From Solobacterium sp. (GTDB taxonomy: Bacteria; Bacillota_I; Bacilli_A; Erysipelotrichales; Erysipelotrichaceae), in the NCBI GenBank assembly GCA_017514525.1, contig JAFWJY010000122.1, forward strand, positions 1 to 36,106: a stretch of 36,106 bases of DNA. The letters run 5' to 3'. The notes below the pieces were generated by a model, which was not told the origin of the DNA, made no database searches, and saw only the letters and a list, made by a program, of their open reading frames with translations. A program made the position numbers and the translations under genes. Numbering within the stretch: position 1 is the first letter of the stretch; each line of letters opens with the position of its first letter. Below are positions 1 to 9,082 of the stretch, piece by piece.

Positions 1-100
1 ATTTTATACGCAAATTTGTCATTATATCTGCTTCTCATTGCGCAGTGGTTTCTGAAGAATCCCACTCTTGCCATTTCCCGTTCCTTCCAAAAGTCCGTAC

Positions 101-134
101 AAAAAAAGCAGAGAGTATCAGTGTCACTCCCTGC
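101..134 (-). terminator. Intrinsic terminator after the DUF349 gene
   Basis: Minus strand GCAGGGAGT-N9-ACTCTCTGC followed by T7, just past the stop at 169. Confidence 0.75.
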
Positions 135-168
135 GGGTATCAGTAGTTTTCACCGCTTTTGAGCTCTG

Positions 169-1533
169 TCAGTCTGCGATTCTGTCTTTCAGAACACTGA
201 TAGCATTTTCAAGATCAGAGATCTGAGACTTCTTGATGTAAATATCTTTCTCAAAGCCTTCCTTCATTGCAGGTGTTTCAGCAATCTCGATCCGATATTC
301 CAGATCTTTCACCTGATCATTCAGTGTTTTCAGACGTGCTTCCTTTTCCTCAAGCTCTGTCTGCAGTTTGGCAACCGCAATTGCCTTCTTGCCAGTCCAG
401 AATACTTCTTTTGCTTCATTGAAGACATCCCAGAGACGATCATTCTCATCCTTGCCGGAATAGCCTGCCGCTCTCCACTCTACATCAAGCTGTTTCATGC
501 GATCTGTATTCTCGCGTGAGTAGTTTTCTTCTGCCGCGATCTTCTTTGCTTCTTCAATCAGATTGTTTTTTGTTTCAATGCTCTGCTTGAATTTCTCATT
601 GCGCTCTTCGAAGAACACTTTGCGCTTTGCATAGAATTCATCGCGAACCGCATTGAACTGTGCCCACAGTTCATCATCAAAATCACGGCCTGCAGATCCT
701 GCTGCCTTCCAGTCATTGAACAGTCCGTTCAACTGGTCACCTGCCGCCTTCCAGTTGGATACATTGGCAAGCAGGTTCTTTGCGCTCTGAATAATCTGGT
801 CCTTCTTTTCTTTCGCTGCAGCACGATTGGTATCGAGATTGTCAAAGAACTCTCTGCGGCGCTGCTCAATATCCTTCTGCAGATCAGTGATCTGTTTTCT
901 GAATGCGAAATCGTTTTCTTTTCCAGCAGAACCGATTTCCTCCAGTTCATCACGGAGTTTATTGGCCGCATTCAGCGCTTCCTTAAAGTTTGTCAGTTCA
1001 GCAATGCCGGCAATCTTATCAACAATCGCCTGCTTTGCGGCAGTGTTGGCCTGGATTGCCTCCGCCCGTGGCGCATATTCTGCCATTGCACGGTTCAGCC
1101 GTTTTTCCAGTTCTGCGTCTTTTGGTGTGCCCCAGTTCTTCAGGGCATCCCACTGTGCTTTGATCTCATCCAGTTTTGCCTGGCCATCTTCACCTTCATA
1201 GTTGCGGGCAATCTCTTCCGCATCACGGCAGATTGCCTGCTTCTGACGAAGCTGATCTTCCATCATCGTAACGGCATCTTCTTTATATTCTGTGCCATAT
1301 TCTGTCTCGCCGCCTTCCTCTTTGGAATGCGTCCAGCTGAACATTGTATAGGTACCATTGCAGTCAATACCATACCAGCGGCCATGTCCGTCATCCGAAC
1401 CTTCACGCGGTTCCGTCGGATTTCCAGCCGCATCTTTGGCACCATAGAGAATTTCTACGACATATCCACCGAATGCCTTATGTTCTCTTCTTCTTTCTTT
1501 CAGTTTCTCATCATTAAACTCTGGTTTCATCAT
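169..1533 (-). CDS. DUF349 repeat-containing coiled-coil protein
   Basis: Repeated motifs WKAAGSAGRDFDDELWAQFNAVRDEFY and WRAAGYSGKDENDRLWDVFNEAKEVFW, typical of DUF349; AAGGGGG SD upstream. Confidence 0.8.
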   Translation of the reverse strand: MMKPEFNDEKLKERRREHKAFGGYVVEILYGAKDAAGNPTEPREGSDDGHGRWYGIDCNGTYTMFSWTHSKEEGGETEYGTEYKEDAVTMMEDQLRQKQAICRDAEEIARNYEGEDGQAKLDEIKAQWDALKNWGTPKDAELEKRLNRAMAEYAPRAEAIQANTAAKQAIVDKIAGIAELTNFKEALNAANKLRDELEEIGSAGKENDFAFRKQITDLQKDIEQRRREFFDNLDTNRAAAKEKKDQIIQSAKNLLANVSNWKAAGDQLNGLFNDWKAAGSAGRDFDDELWAQFNAVRDEFYAKRKVFFEERNEKFKQSIETKNNLIEEAKKIAAEENYSRENTDRMKQLDVEWRAAGYSGKDENDRLWDVFNEAKEVFWTGKKAIAVAKLQTELEEKEARLKTLNDQVKDLEYRIEIAETPAMKEGFEKDIYIKKSQISDLENAISVLKDRIAD

Positions 1534-1613
1534 TGCTGGTGTGCCCCCTTAAATATCCTAAAAAATATTATTTCACATTTTTACCGGTGTGACCACGCAA
1601 AATACATGCATAC

Positions 1614-2411
1614 TCAGTTAATTTTATAGGTAAATAATTTCGTCTCGTGTTCCATGCCTTCCGCATCTTTTTCATATACGGATACGGTTCTCGGCGTAAC
1701 TTCCGCCGTCTCACTATATCTTGTATAGAATGCCTCGCTCACGTCTTTTCCAGTACGCGTCGCAACCCGATAATACGCTTCCTGTTCGTTATCCCCGATT
1801 TTCTGTTTCTCCGGATTTTCCAGAAGCTGAATATCAACAAGTTTTACTTCTCCATTTTCAACGATCATCGTCCGCAGGATCGAGAATACGCCCTGCTTTA
1901 CCAGCCGGGAGAAATCATTGTAGATACCTGGATTCAATGCAACTCCATCCACAATTACAAACCACTGCAGATCATCCGCTGCTTTCTGCGGATCAATTGA
2001 TAAGTCCGCATCCTCAATTGCGCCAAGTTCCCAGGCCACTTCATCATCACTGGTCCAGCCTTTACATGCATTACCGTTCTGATACGTAAATGTTACACTT
2101 GCAGGAATCCCGTCTGCTGTCTGATAACCGACCAGTGAAATATCACTGTCTTTAAGATAGTAGTACGTTTTTCCATAGCATTTGATCTCTTCCCCGGAGT
2201 GCAGCGCATTTTCACTGTCTTTTGCCAGCGCATAGCTGCTGCGGATTCCACTGAAGGTCACGCTGTTTTCCGTGGCACCGGTAAACCAGGTGCCAAACGG
2301 AACGCGCCAGGTGCGATTTGCGTTATCTGCGGACTGCACCGTAATAAACGGCATGAAATACAATGCCAGCAGTACGGCAGCACCAATCAGGATTCGCTTT
2401 GCGGCTTTCAT
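1614..2411 (-). CDS. Membrane-anchored or exported hypothetical protein (C-terminal half weakly DUF4362-like)
   Basis: N-terminal KAAKR plus hydrophobic stretch; ATGA overlap with the rpiB stop. The family resemblance is by eye only. Confidence 0.65.
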   Translation of the reverse strand: MKAAKRILIGAAVLLALYFMPFITVQSADNANRTWRVPFGTWFTGATENSVTFSGIRSSYALAKDSENALHSGEEIKCYGKTYYYLKDSDISLVGYQTADGIPASVTFTYQNGNACKGWTSDDEVAWELGAIEDADLSIDPQKAADDLQWFVIVDGVALNPGIYNDFSRLVKQGVFSILRTMIVENGEVKLVDIQLLENPEKQKIGDNEQEAYYRVATRTGKDVSEAFYTRYSETAEVTPRTVSVYEKDAEGMEHETKLFTYKIN

Positions 2412-2866
2412 TGACCACTCCGGTTCCGGCGTTCGATATCCATGATCAGATCAACCCGCCGTGCATGTCTGCCGCCTTCAAACTGCGTATCCAGAAATTC
2501 ATCAATCAGCATCTTCGCTGTCTCTACGCCAATGACCCGTGCGCCGAAACAAAGAATGTTGCAGTTGTTGTGAAGACGCGAGTAACGGGCTGTATAGGCA
2601 TCGGAGCACACACAGGCGCGAATGCCATTCACCTTATTGCAGGCAAGGCTGATGCCAAGTCCGGTTCCGCATACCGCAATTCCAAAATCAGCATTTCCGC
2701 TTGCTACCATATTGGCAACCATCTCACCAACAACAGGATAATCAATTGACTTCTCTTCATCCGTACCGACATTGACTACCTCATAGCCTTTTCCTTCGAT
2801 ATACGGAATCAGTTCTTTCTTCATCTGCACTGCACTGTGATCATTTCCAAATACAATTTTTTTCAT
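2408..2866 (-). CDS. rpiB: Ribose-5-phosphate isomerase B
   Basis: GNDH, DYP, CGTGLGIS, HNNCNIL, GARVIG and FEGGRHARRV motifs. Start moved to ATG 2866, immediately after the lgt stop. Confidence 0.95.
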   Translation of the reverse strand: MKKIVFGNDHSAVQMKKELIPYIEGKGYEVVNVGTDEEKSIDYPVVGEMVANMVASGNADFGIAVCGTGLGISLACNKVNGIRACVCSDAYTARYSRLHNNCNILCFGARVIGVETAKMLIDEFLDTQFEGGRHARRVDLIMDIERRNRSGQ

Positions 2867-2867
2867 A

Positions 2868-3623
2868 TCAGCCTGCTTTCTGTTCAGCACTGCGCCTTCT
2901 CACTACCAGAATCAGTCCGGCAATGCACAGGAATATCGCAATGAACTGTGAGGTAGAGAGACCCATGATAAATCCTCTGGATTCATCTCCACGGAAGAAT
3001 TCAAGAATAAATCGACCGATGCTGTACAGCACCAGATACAGACCCGCTGTCATCGAACGTGTTTCTTTGTTGCAGTAAACGCGATACAGGATGTAAAACA
3101 GCAGGAAGTCTCCAAAGGAAGACATCAGCTGCGTTGGAATCAGCTTTACGCCGGCAGGAGCAAGTGATCCGGATGGAAATACGATTCCCAGTCCGGTTGT
3201 TTCCTTTCCATAGCAGCATCCCGCAAAGAAACAACCGATTCTGCCAAACCCCTGTGCCAGAGCAACAGCTGGAAACATCAGATTTGCATAATCCCAGAAG
3301 TTCAGCTTCCGGAATTTGCACCAGAGCCAGCCGCCCACGATGCCGCCAAGGATACCGCCATAGACAACCCAGCCGTCTGCACCAAGATACGCCATCGGGT
3401 TTTTCAGAAAACCATTCCAGTTTGTCAGGATGAAGACAATCTTACTGCCAAGAAAACCGGACAGCAGGCAGACAAAAATCAGATTATCCACTTCATTAGC
3501 GTCAAGGCCATACTTCTTCGCCATGCGCTCCCCATAAAAGAATGCCATGAGAATGCCGATCGCAATCATCACTCCATAGCCATGGATCGTAAAAGACCCA
3601 ATTGAAAACCAATCATTAAACAT
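2868..3623 (-). CDS. lgt: Prolipoprotein diacylglyceryl transferase
   Basis: IHGYGVMIAIG, YGGILGG, QGFGRIGCFFAGCCYG, PTQL and RFILEFFRGD motifs; multi-TM protein. Confidence 0.93.
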   Translation of the reverse strand: MFNDWFSIGSFTIHGYGVMIAIGILMAFFYGERMAKKYGLDANEVDNLIFVCLLSGFLGSKIVFILTNWNGFLKNPMAYLGADGWVVYGGILGGIVGGWLWCKFRKLNFWDYANLMFPAVALAQGFGRIGCFFAGCCYGKETTGLGIVFPSGSLAPAGVKLIPTQLMSSFGDFLLFYILYRVYCNKETRSMTAGLYLVLYSIGRFILEFFRGDESRGFIMGLSTSQFIAIFLCIAGLILVVRRRSAEQKAG

Positions 3624-3664
3624 AAAAATCTCCTCGAGTCATTTCTGTACCCAGAAACGCTCTA

Positions 3665-4465
3665 TTATTCACCCTGCTTTTCTTCCGATGCAGCTGCCTC
3701 CGCCTGAGGTTCAGCCGGCTGTTCCTCCTGTGGTGAAGCAGGTTCCGCAAGAACCGGAGCTTCCGGTTTTTCCATAGCAGGTTTCGGTGAAGCAAGTTCT
3801 TCACGAATTGCCTCCATGCCTGTTGCGGTTGTATTCCAGTCTACATAAGCAGCAGTGCTTCCCTCTTCCTCGGGTGTCGGTTCCTCTTCCCGCGGTTCTT
3901 TCGGCTTCTGCGGCTTTTCCTGCGCATCCAGGAATTTCTTGATCTTTCCGGACAGATACAGTGTTGTATACATATCAGTCAATCCGCTGTAAAGCAATGC
4001 GCCTCCGGCAACCTGCAGAAGCAGTTCCGGATCTTTAAATGTTCCAAACAGAACGACCAGCCCGGCAATGACTGAAATTGCCGCCAGCAACAGAAACTGC
4101 CATCCATTCGGGTAGCCGATGCGAGCCGCATCAACACCATCCTGCAGCTTGGAAAAGCCACTCGAAATTATGGCAATCGCAAGCAGAAACGGAATCAGTT
4201 CACGGAACACGTCCTTATGATAGATGACCATGATGCCAAGCAGGATCTTGATAATACCTGACGCAAAGTCATTCCGATACAGAGATTCTTTGATATCAAT
4301 CATGAAATACATGACGATATTGATAATTCCATAAATAATCAGTGCAATACCGAACAGATCGCAGAACATCGCTCCGATCTTCCCCGGATATAACAGCAAC
4401 ATGATTCCCGCTGCCACATAAAGTAACGCATACGCAAGTGAAGTCCATTTCATTCTGCTGAGCAT
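3665..4465 (-). CDS. HdeD/DUF308-family membrane protein with acidic Pro/Glu-rich C-terminal tail
   Basis: About six Gly-rich TM segments, then a low-complexity tail. Start ATG 4465 has a GGAGG SD; an extended -10 (TGCTATCAT, 4524-4516) argues against the 4513 start. Confidence 0.75.
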   Translation of the reverse strand: MLSRMKWTSLAYALLYVAAGIMLLLYPGKIGAMFCDLFGIALIIYGIINIVMYFMIDIKESLYRNDFASGIIKILLGIMVIYHKDVFRELIPFLLAIAIISSGFSKLQDGVDAARIGYPNGWQFLLLAAISVIAGLVVLFGTFKDPELLLQVAGGALLYSGLTDMYTTLYLSGKIKKFLDAQEKPQKPKEPREEEPTPEEEGSTAAYVDWNTTATGMEAIREELASPKPAMEKPEAPVLAEPASPQEEQPAEPQAEAAASEEKQGE

Positions 4466-4539
4466 GAATCGTTCCTCCCCCAGACCCGTTTCTGTCGAGT
4501 CAAAAGCTCTCACTCATGATAGCACACTCTTACATGACA

Positions 4540-4559
4540 AAGGCGGTTCATACCGCCTT
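4540..4559 (-). terminator. Hairpin terminator after the CapA-family gene
   Basis: AAGGCGGT-N4-ACCGCCTT adjoining the stop; U-tract is short. Confidence 0.55.
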
Positions 4560-5801
4560 CTACTGTAATTCCACCCCGATTCGAATCGAGTCATCGTACT
4601 CGTTGATCTTGGCTTTATATTTCTCGTACAGACCTTCCGGATCCGCCACATGCGCCGTATCTAACTCCTTCATCGGAATAACCTTGAAGTTATGATACCC
4701 GACATCGTAATAGGTATAGATCAGATCCGCCCTTGGATCTTTCACTGTAACCGTCGTTGTGTCTCCATCCACAACTTTTTCAATGGTAACGCCGCCAACC
4801 ATGCCGACAAGATTCGGTTCCTCAATCTGTGCGGATACCATATTGCCCATCGCATAGTAACAGATGGTTTTACCGTCATTGACCCATTCAATCGGCTGAA
4901 TGACATGCGGGTGGTTGCCGACAATGATATCTGCGCCGCATTCTGATAAACGCTGCGCCAGCTCCCGCTGCTCATCATTAGCTTCCATCGAATACTCGGT
5001 ACCCCAGTGCATCGCTACGATCACGACATCTGAGATTTCATTTGCCCTGCGTACCTGATCCAGCAGTTCATCCACATGATCCGTATACACATTCACAATG
5101 TATTCGTAGCCTTCCGGCGGCACCAGACCATTACAGCCATACGTCCAGGACAGGAAGGTATAGGTAATGCCGTTGATTTCGTATACATTCAGGGCATCAT
5201 GTGCTTCCTGGGAATCATAGGTGCCTGCCATGTGAACACCATGTTCTTCCTCCTGACGGCGCCAGTATTCACAGGAGCGATTGATTCCGGTCAGTCCCTG
5301 ATCGAGCGAATGGTTATTGGCCGTTGAGACAAGACCAAATCCCATGTTAACCATGGCATCGCCTACTTCCTGCGGGCTGTTGAACGTCGGATAACCGTGC
5401 AGGCCGAGCTCTGTACCACCCAGTATCGTCTCCTGATTGTAATACTTCAGATCATAGCCTTCCGAAAGGCGTCCGACATTTTCCACAATCCCGGAAAAAT
5501 CATAGGTGCCATTGCCCTGATCTGCATCCATCCATACCGTTCCATGAATCAGTGCATCTCCTGTAAAGAAGAACTCTGCAGTATGAACTTCTGGCTCCTG
5601 TTCTTCCACAACCGGCTGCTCTTCAACAACTGCAGTCTCCGGTTCTGTTATTTCATCCGGCTTTGGCGTCTTCGGTTTTGACAGAATGAGCGCAGCGGCG
5701 ATCAGCACCAATCCTCCCGCCAGCACAAACCATACCCAGCGTTTCAGTTTTCGTTTGCTTTTTCCAGCCATCTTCTGTGCCCTCCTGTCTGCTCGATTCA
5801 C
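4560..5801 (-). CDS. CapA/PGA_cap-family metallophosphoesterase, membrane anchored
   Basis: TGDALIH, NQET, GYPTFNSP, ANNHSLD, MHWGTEY, GNHPHVIQP and YAMGN motifs; single N-terminal TM. Confidence 0.9.
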   Translation of the reverse strand: MNRADRRAQKMAGKSKRKLKRWVWFVLAGGLVLIAAALILSKPKTPKPDEITEPETAVVEEQPVVEEQEPEVHTAEFFFTGDALIHGTVWMDADQGNGTYDFSGIVENVGRLSEGYDLKYYNQETILGGTELGLHGYPTFNSPQEVGDAMVNMGFGLVSTANNHSLDQGLTGINRSCEYWRRQEEEHGVHMAGTYDSQEAHDALNVYEINGITYTFLSWTYGCNGLVPPEGYEYIVNVYTDHVDELLDQVRRANEISDVVIVAMHWGTEYSMEANDEQRELAQRLSECGADIIVGNHPHVIQPIEWVNDGKTICYYAMGNMVSAQIEEPNLVGMVGGVTIEKVVDGDTTTVTVKDPRADLIYTYYDVGYHNFKVIPMKELDTAHVADPEGLYEKYKAKINEYDDSIRIGVELQ

Positions 5802-6206
5802 TTATTTTTTGATTCCAAACGCAATCGCATGTCCCTTTTGAAGTTTATGTTCCCTGCAGTACGCTTCAATATCCTGATAGTTATTAACAATAACATAATC
5901 GATGGAACGCCAGTTGTGCTCCAGCCCATGGGCGTACAGAAAATCCTCAACGCCTGTTTCGGCCGCAACTTCCGGGACAAGGGTTACTCTCGGGCTGTTT
6001 TCATCAAGCCAGTTCCATCCCAGCAGGATGCCCTTTTCTTCCGGCATCGCTTCTGCATACATGACTGACATCCAATCAGGCCCGATACCTCTACCATTAT
6101 AGTAATAGGTGTTTCCAATAAACAGTTCATCGTTTACATTCCGATACAGAACAACAATATTCTGAAAAATATCAAGTTTTTCATCAAACTTCATGACAGT
6201 CGTCAT
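5802..6206 (-). CDS. Hypothetical protein translationally coupled to the CapA-family gene
   Basis: GGAGG SD 8 nt before ATG 6206; its TAA abuts the GTG start of the next gene; no recognised motif. Confidence 0.75.
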   Translation of the reverse strand: MTTVMKFDEKLDIFQNIVVLYRNVNDELFIGNTYYYNGRGIGPDWMSVMYAEAMPEEKGILLGWNWLDENSPRVTLVPEVAAETGVEDFLYAHGLEHNWRSIDYVIVNNYQDIEAYCREHKLQKGHAIAFGIKK

Positions 6207-6262
6207 ACACACTGCCTCCTTTCGCGGAACAGCTTAGCACAAAACAAATCGGATGTTTTGTA

Positions 6263-6334
6263 TGTATCCCCTTACACTGAAAACAATATTCTGAAAATAG
6301 TTCATTTTTGGTCGTTTTTCCGTGAGCCCTTACA
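6263..6334. promoter_or_regulatory. Two cre/LacI-like sites (TGTAAGGGGATACA and TGTAAGGGCTCACG on the minus strand)
   Basis: Two related 14-mers 58 bp apart resembling TGWAARCGNTNWCA but with a GG centre. Confidence 0.4.
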
Positions 6335-6370
6335 TTTTCATACTTAAAAAAAATGAATAATCCTCAGAGA

Positions 6371-8611
6371 TTATCCATTTTTCGCTGCCTGATTTTTTCG
6401 GATTGCGCTCAGGTTGATATTTCTTGATACATAGACCAGACGGAACTGGTTTTCTGGAATCATCCGGTAGAATTCTTTCATAATGCGGTCAATGACAAGC
6501 TGCACATTCTCATCCGGAAGGTTGGTAAACAGCACGATGCGCTGTGTGCTGGAAAAACGCGCTGTGACATCCACTTTGCGGACGGTGTTGTTAATCGCAG
6601 ATTCCAGGTACTTCATTACCATTGTCCGATCAGAAATCGGCATATCTGCGTTTTCACTGAACAGGATTGTAAACAGTACAAGCTGGACCGTCTGTGCATT
6701 GCGGATGCCGAGATTTCGAATCAGCTCATAAACTCTTCCAAACTCCCGGTATTCAAGATCAAATGCGCCGTTATAACTGTACTGTTCTTCAATCAGGGAA
6801 GACAGGCTGTCGAGATCTTTCTGAGATGCCAGTTTCTCCTCATCTCCAACCTCAGAATAAATAACGTACCGATTCTTTCCTTCTTTTTTGGCATGCGACA
6901 ACGCCTTTTCACTGCACGCCAGCAACCTTGCGAATCTGCGCGCATGCAGGGCAGACAGTGCGATACCCATGGAAATGGTAAGGCCTTTCAGCGAATCAGA
7001 CCGGCTGAACCGCTCATTCAGGGCGCTGCGTATTTCCTGGGCAAAGGACTCCGCTCCCTTTCGATCTACTACATCAGAGCGATAAATCAGGAAGGAATCT
7101 CCTTCATAGCGGCAGACTTCCGAGTTCTCAAATCCCATTAAGGTCTCAGCGACCATGCGCAGGCATGCGTCACCTGCCAGAAATCCGTACTCATGATTCA
7201 TGCGGGAGAAGTTGTCGATGTCCATCAAAACCAGACAGCCATCTCCACTCATCAGTTTCCGGGCGACTTCTGTTTCAAACTTCTGAATCGTCTTTTCTTC
7301 TCCAAGCACATCCAGAATGTCCTTCTCTTCGGTATTGATCATGTATTCCCGGATACGGTTGGACACTTCTTCCAGTTCTTTCTTCACTTCCGGCGTATCG
7401 TGAATCCTCCGGTCAATGCCATCGTATTTCGGCTGATGTTCCCCATTATCCGCATCTATGGAAAGCAGGGTTTCGCGCTGATCCACTTCATCCAGCGCTT
7501 CTTCATCCATCAATTCCAGCATTGCCTGTGCCACTGCCGGGTCAAACTGAGACCCTTGGCAGCGTTCCAGCTCAGAACGGATATATTCTCTTGTAAAATG
7601 GCGGCGATACACACGGTTGCTGTTCATCGCGTCAAAGCTGTCAGCTACGCAGATGATCCTTGCGATTTCAGGAATATCCTCTCCGGCCAACCCCTCCGGG
7701 TATCCTCTTCCGTCAAACCGTTCATGGTGATAACGGGCACCGACTTCAAGATTCGGGAAGGATTTGACATCCTTCAGGATCTTTCCGCCAATGGATGGAT
7801 GCTGTTTGATCATTTTGAATTCTTCATCTGTCAGTTTTCCCGGTTTATTCAGAATCGAATCCGGAACCCCGATCTTGCCGATATCATGGAGTAAGGCAAT
7901 GTTATATATTTCATCCGCCTCTTCATCGCTCTTGCCAAGCTTCTTTGCCAGCATTCTCGAATACTGCGCTACCCGATTGGAGTGGCCCTCTGTATACTCA
8001 TCCTTCGCATCAATCGTATTGGCAATTGTTGTAATTGTCTGAACCGCCATCTCTGAAATCTGCCTGGATTTCTCCTGCAGCTCTTCATTGTAGACATCGC
8101 TGGTGCGCTTGATATTGTCATAGAGGTCTGCCGCAAGATACGAAAAGAAAAATACCAGACTCAGGAGCCCAATCTGAATCTCTGCATCCCTGCAGTTGGC
8201 AAAAGTAATACGCCCCTGTATGACCTCTGCCGCAATCACAATGAGATTGAGTAACAGACTGATGGATCCCATCCGTAGTATCAGCTGCTTATCGTGATAC
8301 AGAATCAGCAGTGACAGCATTGGAAAGATATAAGTAAATACCATCATCGTTTTGCCTGTGAACAGCACAAACAGATACATGATCAGATAGCCGAACACAA
8401 CATAATTCTTCAGCTGACTGGAATCCTGATTCTGTTTGTAGTAAGCCCAGGAAATGAGATATGGCGCAATTGTAAGAAACAGGAAGATCAGAAAATACGG
8501 GACTGACATCGTTCCTTTCAGCACCTCTAAAAAATATGCGATGAATAAAATCGCAATGATTGCACTCCAGCCATTCAGCAGCTTTCGATTGATTTCGCGG
8601 TTCTGATTCAT
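6371..8611 (-). CDS. Membrane-bound HD-GYP cyclic-dinucleotide phosphodiesterase with degenerate GGDEF-like domains
   Basis: 5-6 N-terminal TMs; HSNRV, HDIGKIG and HHERFDGRGYP motifs; then MDIDNF..N..GD with RYEGDSF in place of GGDEF, and a further RKVDVTARFSSTQ domain. Confidence 0.9.
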   Translation of the reverse strand: MNQNREINRKLLNGWSAIIAILFIAYFLEVLKGTMSVPYFLIFLFLTIAPYLISWAYYKQNQDSSQLKNYVVFGYLIMYLFVLFTGKTMMVFTYIFPMLSLLILYHDKQLILRMGSISLLLNLIVIAAEVIQGRITFANCRDAEIQIGLLSLVFFFSYLAADLYDNIKRTSDVYNEELQEKSRQISEMAVQTITTIANTIDAKDEYTEGHSNRVAQYSRMLAKKLGKSDEEADEIYNIALLHDIGKIGVPDSILNKPGKLTDEEFKMIKQHPSIGGKILKDVKSFPNLEVGARYHHERFDGRGYPEGLAGEDIPEIARIICVADSFDAMNSNRVYRRHFTREYIRSELERCQGSQFDPAVAQAMLELMDEEALDEVDQRETLLSIDADNGEHQPKYDGIDRRIHDTPEVKKELEEVSNRIREYMINTEEKDILDVLGEEKTIQKFETEVARKLMSGDGCLVLMDIDNFSRMNHEYGFLAGDACLRMVAETLMGFENSEVCRYEGDSFLIYRSDVVDRKGAESFAQEIRSALNERFSRSDSLKGLTISMGIALSALHARRFARLLACSEKALSHAKKEGKNRYVIYSEVGDEEKLASQKDLDSLSSLIEEQYSYNGAFDLEYREFGRVYELIRNLGIRNAQTVQLVLFTILFSENADMPISDRTMVMKYLESAINNTVRKVDVTARFSSTQRIVLFTNLPDENVQLVIDRIMKEFYRMIPENQFRLVYVSRNINLSAIRKNQAAKNG

Positions 8612-8617
8612 GAAAGA

Positions 8618-8626
8618 ATTATAGCA
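8618..8626 (-). promoter_or_regulatory. Extended -10 promoter of the HD-GYP gene (probably leaderless)
   Basis: TGCTATAAT lies 6 nt before the ATG; no SD present. Confidence 0.65.
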
Positions 8627-8728
8627 GGTTTACATCAGCATCTTTCCAGTTTCTGTACGTGCGGAGTACACGAACAAAAACACAGCGCTGAGTCTGTGTT
8701 TTGCCGGAAATAAGTCTGACTTTCGTAA

Positions 8729-8834
8729 CGGCTCGGTCACGCATCTATCGAGTAAAACCTTACAGACTTACACGCATTTGCTCCAAGAAAGTGACAATGA
8801 TTTGCTGGATAAAATCAACAAAATACGAAAATAA
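8729..8834 (+). pseudogene. Frameshifted C-terminal remnant of a tyrosine integrase
   Basis: Reads RLGHASIE, then after a 1-nt frameshift KTLQTYTHLLQESDNDLLDKINKIRK*; this is the box II LGH...T..Y.H motif. It converges on the tRNA 3' end. Confidence 0.75.
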
Positions 8835-8842
8835 ACATGGAA

Positions 8843-8863
8843 TTTGGTGCCATTTTGGTGCCA
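8843..8863. repeat. Tandem 10-bp direct repeat, candidate integrase arm-type sites
   Basis: TTTGGTGCCA at 8843-8852 and 8854-8863 (11-bp period), between the integrase stop and the tRNA. Confidence 0.65.
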
Positions 8864-8872
8864 GGCCAAAAG

Positions 8873-8898
8873 AAAACCGCATTGTTATGCGGTTTTTT
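8873..8898. terminator. Bidirectional terminator between the integrase remnant and the tRNA
   Basis: AAAACCGCAT-TGTT-ATGCGGTTTT(TT). Confidence 0.8.
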
Positions 8899-8907
8899 GT
8901 CATATAG

Positions 8908-8981
<74 letters not shown>

Positions 8982-9054
8982 GTCGCCTTTCAGCGTTACT
9001 TATAGTAGCACAACCACAGAATAATTCAAGCAAATTTGTTGATTTGAAATTCCA

Positions 9055-9080
9055 ACAAAGGAGAGGCTTTCGCCCCTCCT
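9055..9080 (-). terminator. Terminator after the GH94 gene
   Basis: AGGAGGGGC-GAAA-GCCTCTCCT followed by TTGTT. Confidence 0.7.
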
Positions 9081-9082
9081 CA

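Noticed and set aside
4560-5801. Poly-gamma-glutamate capsule locus
   Set aside because: No capB or capC nearby; stand-alone CapA-family proteins are widespread.
6213-6370. c-di-GMP riboswitch downstream of the HD-GYP gene
   Set aside because: Hairpins exist, but I could not find the conserved class I or class II elements.
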